Shown here: one piece after another, positions 24,343 to 37,015 of the stretch | How positions within the stretch are numbered: position 1 is the first letter of the stretch | Layout of the letters: every line of letters begins with the position of its first letter | NCBI RefSeq assembly: GCF_006345805.1 | Contig: NC_043002.1 | Span: 18,538,001 to 18,602,000, forward strand | From: Octopus sinensis | Lineage: Eukaryota | DNA length: 64,000 bases | Direction of reading: 5' to 3' | Program-made: the position numbers and the translations under genes | The notes under the pieces: model-generated | The model's database searches: none | Told to the model about the DNA's origin: nothing | What the model saw: only the letters and a program-made list of their open reading frames with translations

Positions 24343-25297
24343 AAGTTTTTTAGGACGAATATAAGATCTAAAGTATATCCAAGTAGCAGAAAGATCGCCC
24401 AAAAGTGTATATAGATATTTAAATGTATTTATATATTCATCTATACACATATGTATGTATAATGTGTGTGTATATATTTCCATAGAGGTAACCATTCACT
24501 CCGCACAAAGTTTTTTTAGGACGAAAATAACATCTAAAGTTATCTCTAAGTAGCAGTCGCCCAAAAGTGTATATAGATATTAAATGTATTTATATATTCA
24601 TCTATACACACATGTATGTATGTGTGTGGATATATTTCCATAGAGGTAACCATTCACTCCGCACAAAGTTTTTTTAGGACGTAAATAACATCTAAAGTTA
24701 TCTCTAAGTAGCAGTCGCCCAAAAGTGTATATAGACACACACATGTATGTATAATGTGTGTGTATATATTTCCATAGAGGTAACCATTCACTCCATACAA
24801 AGTTATTTAGGACGAATTGGACGAACATAAGATCTAAAGTATATCTAAGTAGCAGAAAGATCGCCCAAAAGTGTATATAGATATTTAAATGTATTTATAT
24901 ATACATCTATACACACATGTATGTATAATGTGTGTGTATATATTTCCATAGAGGTAACCATTCACTCCGCACAAAGTTTTTTTAGGACGAAAATAACATC
25001 TAAAGTTATCTCTAAGTAGCAGTCGCCCAAAAGTGTATATAGACACACACATGTATGTATAATGTGTGTGTATATATTTCCATAGAGGTAACCATTCACT
25101 CCATACAAAGTTATTTAGGACGAATTGAATGAATATAAGATCTAAACTATATCCAAGTAGCAGAAAGATCGCCCAAAAGTGTATATAGATATTTAAATGT
25201 ATTTATATATTCATCTATACACACATGTATGTATGTGTGTGGATATATTTCCATAGAGGTAACCATTCACTCCGCACAAAGTTTTTTAGGACGGACG
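24343..25297 (+). repeat. Minisatellite array with higher-order (~305 bp) periodicity
   Basis: The anchor agaggtaaccattcactcc recurs at about 24484, 24643, 24777, 24950, 25084 and 25255 (spacings about 159, 134, 173, 134, 171). Confidence 0.9.
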
Positions 25298-25301
25298 AAA
25301 A

Positions 25302-26148
25302 TCTTTATATATAAAAGAAAGGTTGTGTGTCTGTCTACTCCGATTTAGATTCCTAACTACTCCCACATTTTGCGATGCAGTTTAACCAAAACCGAGTATC
25401 TTATAGTCGTGATTCATATCGAGTCCTTCTGGGTATTAGCGCGCGTCTACGATGAGTCTACGATTTTACAAATAATTTATCATCATTTTCTCCCATTTTA
25501 ATGCATATTTTTTTTAATAAAAGGAAGTAACTCTCAAACTTCACACCAATATGCGTGCTCATATGCGACGTAATATCACATCAGCAGCATTTCCTCACAC
25601 CCTCCTTGCACTTGGCGAAGGCAAAATACCAGGGGATGAAAATGGTAATATTGCCATCGATTTCATTTGTACCATTGTTAAGACGCCTTCTGATCTCAGA
25701 GATGCAGTGTTCCAAGATCTACAAGCTAATTATCAGAATATGGATTGGATTGGCAAAAAGGCTATACTGGCCCCGAGGAATAAAATTGTTCACCATATTA
25801 ATGATGAAATGCTAAAACTCATTCCTGGGGAAGTCTATGTATATCAGTCTATCAATACAACTCCTGACCCACAGGACGTCATCAAATATCCAATAGAGGT
25901 ACTCAATTCCTTTGAGCACCCCAGACTAACACCACACATTCTCAAACTTAAAGTCGGTGCCCCTATAATGCTCATCAGAAATTTGGTTCCCCTAAAACAA
26001 TGCAATGGCACACGTTTGATCGTTAAGTCCTTATCTCCCAGCGTAAACTTATATCAATATTTGCCTGAATAATCATCATAATTCAGTGCAATCATTAACA
26101 GTACTTTCAAGCAATTCAGCCCCGAGCAACGCCGGGCAATTCTGCTAG
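25302..26148 (+). mobile_element. Internally deleted Helitron carrying a PIF1 helicase fragment
   Basis: A|TC start, 3' hairpin cccgagcaacgccggg plus CTAG|T end; ORF 25551-26072 has AILAPRN..INDEML..LKVGAPIMLIRNL..CNGTRLIV (PIF1). Confidence 0.9.
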
Positions 26149-26794
26149 TCGATTATATAATGTAAAGAGTGGAGCGAGAGAGGGGACAAGCAGACAGAGG
26201 GAGGAAGAGAAGTGTCTGGGTAAAACAGTGGGAGAGTCAAAGAGGAAAGGAAAGGAAAGACAAGGAATAATAGCGAGTAATTTGGGAGAGTAAATGCGAG
26301 AGGAAGATGTTATAAAGTAGGACATACAATGGGACATAATTGTATTAAATTAATATTGACCTTTACACTCTCGCGCATACCCACTTTGCGGCAGAAACCC
26401 TCCCATATTTTACATAACCATTGATATAGCACTGAGGAAGCTAGGCAAGCGACAATAGGGTCATCCTGTAGCTTATGTCTTACCGTTTTTGTTTCTCTTA
26501 TTGGTTTTTATTGTAATTTATATTGGAATATATTGTTGTGTTTGCTTTTAATATGTTTATCGAAAATTGTGAATCTGGATGTTTTTGCTACACCCTGTAT
26601 ACGCGACGTATACACACATATTCACATTCATATACACGCAGACATACACATTATAATAAATACATGCACTTTTGCACACATTTATGTACATACTGACGCA
26701 ACGGATATCAATATGCATCTATATTCCCTCAGACTTAATGTTCATTTAATGCGTTCACAGTTGTTTTAAATAATTAGATCTATTAATATTATTC

Positions 26795-26810
26795 ATATCA
26801 TTATTATTAA

Positions 26811-26861
<51 letters not shown>

Positions 26862-27050
26862 GTTATTGTTGTTGTCGTTATCATTATTATTATCATTATT
26901 ATTATTATTATTATTATCATTATTATTATTATTATTATTGTTATTGTTGTTGTTGTTATTATTATTATTATTATCATTATTATTGTTGTTGTTGTTGTTG
27001 TTATTATTATTATTATTATTATTATCATTATCATCATTATAACAACTACT
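26795..27050. repeat. (ATT)n/(GTT)n compound microsatellite
   Basis: Direct reading of the sequence. Confidence 0.95.
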
Positions 27051-28557
27051 ACTACTGTTTTATCATTACTAACTAAAATGCATTTGCAAGAATGTCTGGC
27101 GTGAACTATTTGACGCTTTTAATTACGCTACCAACAAACTTTTCTATTTTTGAATACTCAAGTCAACAAGAGAGCCATCAACACGCTCGCTTAATCCGCT
27201 AAAGCAGCAGCCAAAACATTTTAAGTAATATAGTCTAAGATATCGCTAGAGAATCAGGATAACAACTGGTATGATAGTTTGGTTATAAGTCTGTTTAAAG
27301 AGGGTCCACCTGGAATTATAGAACAACAACAAAAGTAAAAGGTAAATGACTATGAGATTGCACCTAGAAAGCTCCCCTCCGAGATACGAGTCCGGGTAAA
27401 GATATTTATGGAAGACCAGCAGTCGTCCATACAGACAGGCTCCCCTCTCCACGTTATTGATGTTATCCAAGGGAAAGTCAAAGGCCGATATAGCTTGGCA
27501 CAAATGACACCGAAACTCATTTCTACAGCTGAGTGAACTAGAGAAACGTGAGACGAAGTGTTTTGCTCAAGAACACAACAAACAGCCCAGTCCGGGAACA
27601 GAATTCACAACTCGTCTTAAACTTAATCCTATAATTCAACAACGATTTATTTGAATTCAATAACGATTTATTGTCCTGAGTCTAAGTCTGGAACATATCC
27701 AGGCTAAAACGAAAATCTTGTAGTAAAGGTCCTGCTGAGTTTTGAGCCATCGTTCTCAGACTTTCTCAGCTCAGGACTACTACCTACCATATTACGTGCG
27801 TGGTATGAGGAAAATTTAGATATTATTTCTTGCATGTCGAGCGAATATGTAATATATTTCTTCATTGGCTTCTGCTAACACAGAAACTACAACCGCTGCT
27901 CTTTTACTCATATATCCTACTTATTTTTCTGCTATCTAGACTCTATTCCAAACCAAGTACGTGCAGTCTTTAAGACTGGATAGTTCCTGGGAGAATCAAG
28001 GGCCCAATTTTAATCTAGGTATGCCGTGAGTTAGGGTTCCAAGCGTTGTTTTGCCAAGGAATCTATAAAGTTACTAAGGCAGACCAGAGTATACTTCTTA
28101 TTTTTCGTAATATTTACCCAAAACAGCAATATCCAAAGTATCATTTATAAAGACAGCAGAATGCAGTTTGCTGGAAATGTAGCTGGTCTTTTTTTATAAA
28201 TCGCTTCGTAATGTAAGAGGCTCTCTTTCATTGGTTCATGATGTGTCGCGTCTAGTTTTGCATGTACTGGAAGTGAAGTTGCTGATGGCGATAGCAGAGG
28301 TGATGATAGTAAAACTAAGAATTGTATAGGAATAAAAAATAATATTTAGAACATTAGCAGCAACACCAAGAAGAGAATCTCTTCATGGTTGCTTAGTCTG
28401 CTAATAGCAGTAACTAAGTAAGCCTCAAATCACGCTCTCCAACTTAAAATGAGAAAAGACACATTGGATAATGTAAACTAGAAAAATAGATGGGATAACT
28501 GTAACTGAAAAACTTTTGATCGTGCTCTGCTCGATCAAGACTGATCTGGGTCTAAAC

Positions 28558-28743
28558 CAGTGTTACCGCAACCTTTTTTCCACTTATGGTATACTCATAT
28601 TCTTTTCCAAATTTGGTGGCACACCTGAACTAAAATTATAATTAAAACTATAGGGGGAAATTAGATTCAGGTTACATTGCGGCACACCATACATCGTCTT
28701 GTGGCACACCTGTGTGCCGTGGTATACCAGTTGCAGAGCACTG
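28558..28743. mobile_element. hAT-type MITE with an 8-bp TSD
   Basis: Ends cagtgttaccgcaacc / gttgcagagcactg; TSD gtctaaac at 28550-28557 and 28744-28751. Confidence 0.8.
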
Positions 28744-28959
28744 GTCTAAACAACAGCAAAAACGCCAATAAAAACGATAATACTAGGCAACAAAATTTTT
28801 GCTACTATTAAACGAAATCGTGCTCATAGGTAACTTGGAGGCGCTGATTCCGAATCTGCAACCATTTTTGTTCTAGCATGTCACGTTTTTGCGTTGTCAT
28901 TATTCTACTGTTATCAAAATTACAATAATGTGAAAATTCATGACAAATAAAATTAATGC

Positions 28960-29225
28960 TACTCTTGACTGATGATGAGCACTCAGAAACATGCATGTCT
29001 CTGGATGCAGGCCTAGCTGTTAGGGGTGCTTGTCTCCCCTTCGCAAATATAAGGACACAGAAAATGTGTCAAAGCCGACAGGAAGCGTCGATGCTTCCTA
29101 GGGCTAAATAGCGGTGGTGTAATTCCCTTTACGGGACTGTCACGTTAAGTTGACAGTATACAACCGCTCTATCGCTCCACCACCGCTCTGAGATATGTAG
29201 AAATTTAATATTTCTAAAATTAATG
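28960..29225 (+). mobile_element. Hammerhead-bearing short element, family E
   Basis: CTGATGA(28969)-TGAG ca CTCA-GAAAC-ATGCAT-GTC-TCTGG; downstream body is the reverse complement of 9822-10030. Confidence 0.75.
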
Positions 29226-29544
29226 TTATGTTAAGCGTAAATTACCATTATTTGGTGTAAGAACAATAGCAAGTAGGTGGACAAGTAGCTCTAAAACCAA
29301 TAAAACACAAAACAAAAAGTGTAAAGTGAATATTATTAATTTAATGTTTTTCAAAAATAGCTTTGGCGTCTTCTTTTACGCTTATGTTGCACGTTCGTTT
29401 CTCGTTTTAAAAGCCAGCAGTAGTCCCTCAGCAGTTTTGGTGTAATTCTGCCTCTGTAGCGGCATTCTATTTCTTTGATTTATTGATGAAATCGTTCACC
29501 ATGCTCATCGCTTACATCACCCTTATTGGATGGAAAAAAAGTCA

Positions 29545-30145
29545 AGATGAGAGTGAAGAAAATGTCTGTCCTTGTTTGTCCCCTCTATGTTTAGCCCCTT
29601 GTGGACAATAAAGAAATAAGAAACGTTAGCGCGCCGGGCGAAATACTTGGCGGTATTTCGTCTGCTGCTACGTTCTGAGTTCAAATCCCGCCGAGGTCGA
29701 TTTTGCCTTTCATCCTTTCGGGCTCGATTAAATAAGTACCAGTTACGCACTGGCGTCGATATAATCGACTTAATCCGTTTGTCCCCTCTGTGTTTAGCCC
29801 CTTGTGAGTAGTAATGAAATAGGTATTTCGTCTGCCGCTACGTTCTGAGTTCAAATTGCGCCGATGTCGACTTTGTCTTTCATCTTTTCGGGGTCGATTA
29901 AATAAATACCAGTTACGCACTGGAGTCGATGTAATCGACTTAATCTGTTTGTCTGTCCTTGTTTGTTTTCTCTGTAAAGAAATAGGTATTTCGTCTGCCG
30001 CTACGTTCTGAGTTCAAATTGCGCCGAGGTCGACTTTGTCTTTCATTCTTTCGGGGTCGATAAATTAAGTACCAGTTGCATACTGGGATCTATCTAATCG
30101 ACTAACCCCCTCTCCAAAAATTTCGGGCCTTGTGCTTAGAGTAGA
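29545..30145 (+). mobile_element. Head-to-tail concatemer of SINE B units
   Basis: gtatttcgtctgc(c/t)gctacgttctgagttcaaat occurs at about 29653, 29823 and 29986, each followed by the SINE B body. Confidence 0.8.
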
Positions 30146-30798
30146 AAAGAAAAGAATATTATCAATTGTTTGGAAAATCTGATGCTGTGAATAACTAAAA
30201 AAAAAAACTACCCGTACTGTTTGAAAACTGATGTCAGACTCGGATCCAGCATCCTAAAATTACCCTAAATCAGATGAAAAAGTTAAAATAGCATGAAAAA
30301 CAATTTTTGTTTTGTTTTTTTGTTTTTTGTTGCCCAGTGTAATCAAACAAGCCAAATAAGTGATTGTTTGACCTACTAAAAATAGCAGCCAAATCGCATT
30401 CAAATCACTCCACACCGTTTAGCAAAAAACAAGGGTTTATTCATAGGGTGGTTGTCACGGCTGGAAGGCTTTTGATTACAGATATGCTTTATCAGGGTTG
30501 ACCTGGGGCTAAACCAGAACAGTAACGACCGTCATAAAAGCATGTTAACGATGATAAGCGAAGTGTCAACGTACTCTCGGTGTAAATGTCAATGTAATCA
30601 TATCGACTTGACTGACATTATCAGGATACAACTAATATTAAAAACAACGCCAATAGGTATGTGTGTGTGTATGTATGTATGTATGTATGTATGTATGTAT
30701 GTATGTATGTATGTATGTATGTATACAATAACTCGTACAAACATAGATATATATAATATATATGATGTATATTATATATATATATACACATACATATA

Positions 30799-30877
<79 letters not shown>

Positions 30878-31056
30878 ATATAATGGTGTCATTGAGACCC
30901 AAAGGTGTCATGTAATGCTGAATAAGTGCTATAGACAGACCATAGTTAAGTTCCAGATTCGGTAATTTTGCGAATGTGAATAAGGGGTTCTATGTCAACG
31001 TTGGTTCTATGTCAGCGTGTGTATGTAAGAATTTCTTCTGTAATAAGATAAAAAAA

Positions 31057-31156
31057 AACCAAGGCTGTGTAGATATTAGAGCATGTATAGATAGAAGGTC
31101 TTACAGCTGTAAGACCTTCTATCTATAAATAATCTAATATCTACACAGCCTTGGTT
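31057..31156. repeat. 100-bp near-perfect palindrome centred on ACAGCTGT
   Basis: aaccaaggctgtgtagatattaga..gaaggtcttacag|ctgtaagaccttc..tctaatatctacacagccttggtt. Confidence 0.9.
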
Positions 31157-31183
31157 ATATATATATATATATATATATATATA

Positions 31184-31383
31184 CTTTATTTTAAGCAGCA
31201 GAAAATTCAACAAAATCTGTTACTCTGAGTTTCTCGTTGCCGTTCATCAGACAGTTTTTGCTAGAATGGAACTTATATATTAATTAATATATAAGTTCCA
31301 TTCTAGCAAAAACTGTCTGATGAACGGCAACGAGAAACTCAGAGTAACAGATTTTGTTGAATTTTCTGCTGCTTAAAATAAAG
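31184..31383. repeat. Perfect 200-bp palindrome with one minimal hammerhead motif on each strand
   Basis: Axis 31283/31284; plus motif CTGT-CTGATGA-aCG GCAA CGa-GAAAC-TCAGA-GTA-ACAG at 31313-31350. Confidence 0.9.
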
Positions 31384-31492
31384 CATATTACTCTACCACT
31401 GGTATTTGAGTACTCTTTTTTCCACCTTGTTTCACATTTATGTGTTTACTCCGGTATATATATATATAAATATATATATATCAAAATAAAAA

Positions 31493-31533
31493 TGGCTGAC
31501 GACTAGCATCACGCTTGAAACTCAAGAGTACCA
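31493..31533 (+). ncRNA. Minimal type-I hammerhead motif; second copy at 44137-44177
   Basis: TGG-CTGACGA-ctAGC atcac GCTt-GAAAC-TCAAGA-GTA-CCA. Confidence 0.6.
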
Positions 31534-31624
31534 ATAAGTTTGAACCAAACTGTTTAGATCCATACATGTAACTCCTAATAAATTGTTTGAGCGCCCTTAT
31601 TTCGTTTGTCCACTCTCTCGTATA

Positions 31625-31655
<31 letters not shown>

Positions 31656-32129
31656 TAGCTAAAATGTCTTATATATGTATTTTCGTATGCATGTACGCAT
31701 GCATACCAGTGTGTGCGCATGAATGAAGATGTTGTCTTCATTGCCGCGCTCGTCTGCTTGGACGAACATGCACGCGCGTACACGCGCACACATACACATG
31801 CATACGCACACATGCAAACACATACACGCATAAACACACACATGCGTATTCATTCATGTGGACATATGTATATTCGTATGCATGTACGCATGCATACCAG
31901 TGTGTGCGCATGAATGAAGATGTTGTCTTCATTGCCAAGGTATTCCGTGGCCTCCTGAAGAAGATGGTGAAAAGCTTTGATATGTGGATACTCTTTTCTT
32001 CACACCATTGCTAGCAGGGAAGGGCTCAGATAGGGCAATGCTGTATATGATCTGGCCCTGAAGGTTATATGACAATGATACGCATTTAAAAGTATTATGT
32101 GATGTTAAGACAAGGGGTAAACATTCACA

Positions 32130-32135
32130 TATCTA

Positions 32136-32174
<39 letters not shown>

Positions 32175-33210
32175 GCACACACACACATATATACGCACAT
32201 ACATATATACCCACACACATGCACACACACACACACATACGCACATGCATGCATGCATGCATGCATGCACACGCGCACACCTACACGCATACACACACAC
32301 ACACGCACGTACACATACATACATACACACACGCATACATACACCCATACACATACATGCATCCTACACACACATACATACACACACACACACACATACA
32401 CACACACACACACTCACTCACACACCTGTATGTACGCGCACACACATGCACATACACACACTTCCCCACACCCACACGTACATACATACACACTCACACA
32501 TACACACACACACACACCACACACACGGACATACATCTATGCACACACATACATACACACATACTCACATAATTCATCGGACACACTGCCACCCGGACAT
32601 ACACACAGACACACTCACACATCCACACACATACATACTTACGCACATACTCGCAGGCTCGCGCACGCACGCGCTTGCGCCGGTTCGCGTACGCATACGC
32701 TCCGCAGGCACCTCGCTCTTGGAACCGACAAGACCTCCCGCCCGTTCCTGGGACCGTCGCGTGTCGTTGGGTTTTCCCACGCCCGCCTCCGTGGGACCAC
32801 TCTTCCATCTTCCCCTCAGCTGGAGTCCTTTTTCCTTAACCCCCCCCCCTTTTTCGTTACACACGCGCGCACACATATACACACATTGCTTAAATATATA
32901 CATTACTCTTACACACATTCAATCTACTCGCCATTTATACCACCACGACACTGGACACACACACACACTACTACTCAACAAACGCTGGCACGCTACATAC
33001 GCCCCCACCCCTTCCCCTCCCTCCCTTCCTCCTTCCTTCTTTTTCTTACTACTGCCCTTTGTCTGCTAAGCTGACCACTATCTCGCCCTACCTCACACGC
33101 CTACACACAGACGCACACACTAACACACACACATATATTTTTTTGTTTTTTCATCTCGCCTCACACACACACATACACACACGCACACGCACACACTCAC
33201 ACATACACAC
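32130..33210. repeat. ~1.1-kb compound (TA)/(CA)/(TACA) microsatellite block with a short GC-rich insert
   Basis: Direct reading; source of the His/Thr-rich ORFs in the ORF track. Confidence 0.9.
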
Positions 33211-33506
33211 ACATCTGTTGCGTTACCAACCTTGTCTCCACTCTTTTGCCTTTAAAAACCCACTTTGCTCTGTTTTCGTAAACATCCGCCTTTCACCATG
33301 TGCAACTCGTAAACACCATCGTCTTTTTTCTCTTTCCCTGTTGCCCGCTCTGGGATCTTTCTTTCCTCTCTCTTCCTTCTTTATGTTTCCGACGAAGAGC
33401 TCCGCTCGAAACGTCATACCTCCCTGCTTCCTTTTCCTGAGCGCCTATTAATAATAATACTGTAATTGTTCCATTGTTGTTGTTTTTTTTGTTTCCCGTT
33501 TGGATT

Positions 33507-33544
<38 letters not shown>

Positions 33545-33689
33545 TATAGTCGATTCTGGTCCATAAGCGACGTATATTACATGATGTCTCTGTCGTGACG
33601 CCATTCAACACCGGTAGCGATCATCGTCTGGTGAGAGCGAGGGTCGTCATCGACGGAACGAAGGAGAAGAAGGCGCTGCATTTGGCGCC

Positions 33690-34180
33690 AACATGCTCCA
33701 GGATTTGCATAGATATTTTCTATTCAGTGTCAAATATTTTGGTGAGGTCAACAAAGGAAATATAAAGACCTTTGTTCTGCTCTCTGCATTTCTCTTGGAG
33801 CTGTCTGAGAATAAAGACCAAGTTGGTGGGACTCCTGTTCGCTTTAAAACCACACAAAGATTCTGGGAGGTTTTCTTCTGCAAAGGCAAATTTTAGCCTG
33901 TTAAAGAAAAGTACTATACTGACCTGTGCAGCCTGCCACAAGACACTCCAGTGGATGACAAGGTCATCATCCTTGGTGGCATCAACACCACAGAAGGCTA
34001 AGATTCAAAAGCCTAGAAAGGAGTTCTTGGAAAACATGATGTTGGAAATTGCAAAGACCATGAGCAGCTTCAGTTGGAGTTTTTGCATGGAACTGCATCT
34101 AAGTATCATCAACAGTCTCTTTTCCGGGAGAAAGATGATCTCAAGACCAGCTGGATGCATCCTCAGTCCGATCACATCAA
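33690..34180 (-). mobile_element. RTE-clade reverse transcriptase fragment
   Basis: LPESLCGFKANRSPTNLVFILRQLQEKCREQNKGLYISFVDLTKIFDT matches RTE RT domains (QxGFR..D.IF.LRQ.QEK..E....FVDL.KAFD). Confidence 0.85.
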
Positions 34181-35359
34181 AAATATATATGTGAAAATAT
34201 AAATTTTCAATGCGTAAATATATAATGTATAAATAGAAATATATAACATCAAAATACATAAATAAATGAACAAAATGTTTTTTAAAGATATTTTTATTGA
34301 TTTCTATGTTAAGTTCATGAATTTAAAAAATTTATTTTAGATAATTGCAAATAATTTTTTATTTTTTTCATTTTTAAAATCATTATGACACCCTGGATTC
34401 TTGATATTCTTCACCATTTAGTTTGTCTTCATGCACTTTCAGAGTCAATTTTAGGCGAGGCTTCTCTATGGAACTGGTAACAGAAGATTTGTGACGAAAC
34501 AAAATGAAGAGGTCAAAGGTAAAAAAATGCCACAGGAATTCCAGCGATTGGGAACTTACAATGGTTTATCAGAATTTGATGCTTTAGATCAATTATTCTT
34601 TAACTGGTTCCAGTCATCTGATCATGATCACGCTGGAGCGATAACCTCAAGGATTTTAGTCAAAACCCGTTGTTTTGATATTCATTTTATTACTCTTGGA
34701 ATACAAAAAGGCAACATCAGCCTGAGAAAGGAAGAACGTAAGCAACGACCATAGTATATTTTATCCATTGTTTCTACTAATTCTGCTTTCTATTTATTTA
34801 TCATCATCATCATCATTCAGATAGAGTGTATTGAAAGATTTTCTTTAACCAGATTTCTCTTTCTGTTGTCAATGCTCGTCTGATTCCAAGCAAGGGAATA
34901 TTTCTACATGACCAACATGTTTCACAGAATACAAGAAATGGATGGCATTGCTTGTATAATAGTAACACTCATTTACAGAACTAAGTGCCGTGTGACATCT
35001 TATAGCTTCGTCAGAGCCATATTTAAATGTAAGTATATTGGCTTCTAACAACTGCTTTATAGCATCACTATGGCTAAGCAGAGTCACAATCATCATCATT
35101 GTATTGAACATTCACTTTCCCATACTTGCATGAGTTGATCAGAATTTACTGAGGCAGATTTTTGAGGGACAGATGCTATTCTTGTCACCAACCTATTTCC
35201 AAACAAGGGAGTATTTCCCTATGGCCTGCCATACTTTCAAAGATTACTGAAAATGAATGACTGCTTATATGATAGTGACACGCATTTACAAGTATTATGT
35301 GATGTTAAGACAAGGGGTAAACATTCACATTCACACATCTATCTATCTATATATATATA

Positions 35360-36250
35360 TAGTCGATAGTCGATTCTGGTCCATAAGCGACCCATATTAC
35401 ATGACGTTTCCGTCGTGACGCCATTCAACACCGGCAGCGATCATCGTCTGGTGAGGGCGAGGGTCGTCATCGACGGAACGAAGGAGAAGAAGGCGCTGCA
35501 ATTGCCGTCGAAAGGAAAATGCGTCCGAGTCTTCAACGAGTCGAAGCTGCAGGAATCCATCATGCAGGAATCCATCATGCAGGAATCCATCATGCAGGAA
35601 ACTCGGTGCCAAGGAGACAGCATAGACGATGACTACAACTCACTGATAGGCAAACGAAAGGAGTGTTTAAGGAAGGCTAAGTGAGTGTGTCTGAGAGAGA
35701 AGAAAGGAAGAGTCTCGGAGGAAATTACGAAGTTACTCGAGAAGAGGAAAAATATGAAAGAGAACTATTGAAGATCACCTTGAATATTCCCTTCTCAGCA
35801 GAGTGATTCGTCAGCAACTGAAGAGAGACTTTGAGGTATACCGGATGGAGAAGCTCTTGAAGGCCGCAGAGGAAAAGAAGAGCCTCAAGAAATACAAGAG
35901 GGACATGGTACTATATAGATCGGAGGTGACGGCCCTGAAGAATACAGATGGAGTATCTATTTCTTTACTACCCACAAGGGGCTAAACACAGAGAGGACAA
36001 ACAAGGACAGACAAACGGATTAAGTCGATTATATCGACTCCAGTGCGTAACTGGTACTTATTTAATCGACCCCGAAAGGATGAAAGGCAAAGTCGATCTC
36101 GGCGGAATTTGAACTCAGAACGTAACGGCAGACGAAATACTGCTAAGCATTTCGCCCAGCGTGCTAACGATTCTGCCAGCTCGCCACCTTATGAATACAG
36201 ATGGAGTACCGGTCAGCGATAAGAGTGTAACTGAAAAAAACTGGAGCCAA
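35360..36250 (+). mobile_element. RTE-like LINE fragment (APE C-terminus and linker) interrupted by SINE B
   Basis: TPFNTGSDHRLVRARVVID (APE SDH motif) ... ALKNTDGV; the frame resumes after the SINE. Confidence 0.65.
35956..36192 (-). mobile_element. SINE family B with a 16-bp TSD
   Basis: TSD gaatacagatggagta at 35940-35955 and 36193-36208. Confidence 0.9.
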
Positions 36251-36606
36251 GAAGGGGTACGGTTGTGCATTTATTTTTTTAATTAGTAGAATTTTTTTCA
36301 ACGCATACATGCACGCACACGCACACACACACCCATGAAAATTCATTTCTTTCAGTTTCCATCTTGCAAATCCACTTACAAGGCTTTGGTCAGCCTGGGG
36401 CTACAGTAAATATAGTCCTTGTATAAGATAAGACATTGATACTTAAGTTTCATGCCAAACGTTATAAAATTATGCTTATTTCAGACGGAAGCACATTTCA
36501 TATAGATATATCCAGTCAATGTTTATCACATAAGCATAAAACAAACAGTTGCACTATCTTTACTTTTTACCTGACAATATAGTTATAGTATATTTAAACT
36601 CTCAAA

Positions 36607-37015
36607 CTTTACTCTTTTACTTGTTTCAGTCATTTGACTGCGGCCATGCTGGAGCACCGCCTTTAGTCGAGAAAATCCACCCCAGGACTTATTCTTTGTA
36701 AGCCCAGTACTTATTCTATCGGTCTCTTTTGCCTAACCGCTAAGTTACGGGGACGTAAACACACCAGCATCGGTTGTCAAGCAATGCTAGGGAGACAAAC
36801 ACAGACACACAAACACATACACACACATGCATATATAAATATACATATATACGACAGGCTTCTTTCAGTTTCCGTCTACCAAATCCACTCACAAGGCATT
36901 GGTCGGCCCGAGGCTATAGCAGAAGACACTTGCCCAAGATGCCACGCAGTGGGACTGAACCCGGAACCATGTGGTTGGTTAACAAGCTACTTACCACACA
37001 GCCACTCCTGCGCCT
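36607..37015 (-). mobile_element. SINE family A
   Basis: Full-length copy from tail ctcttttacttgtttcagtc to head gccactcctgcgccta. Confidence 0.85.

Noticed and set aside
24343-25297. CRISPR-like regular array
   Set aside because: Eukaryotic context, the whole unit repeats with no unique spacers, and no cas genes are present.
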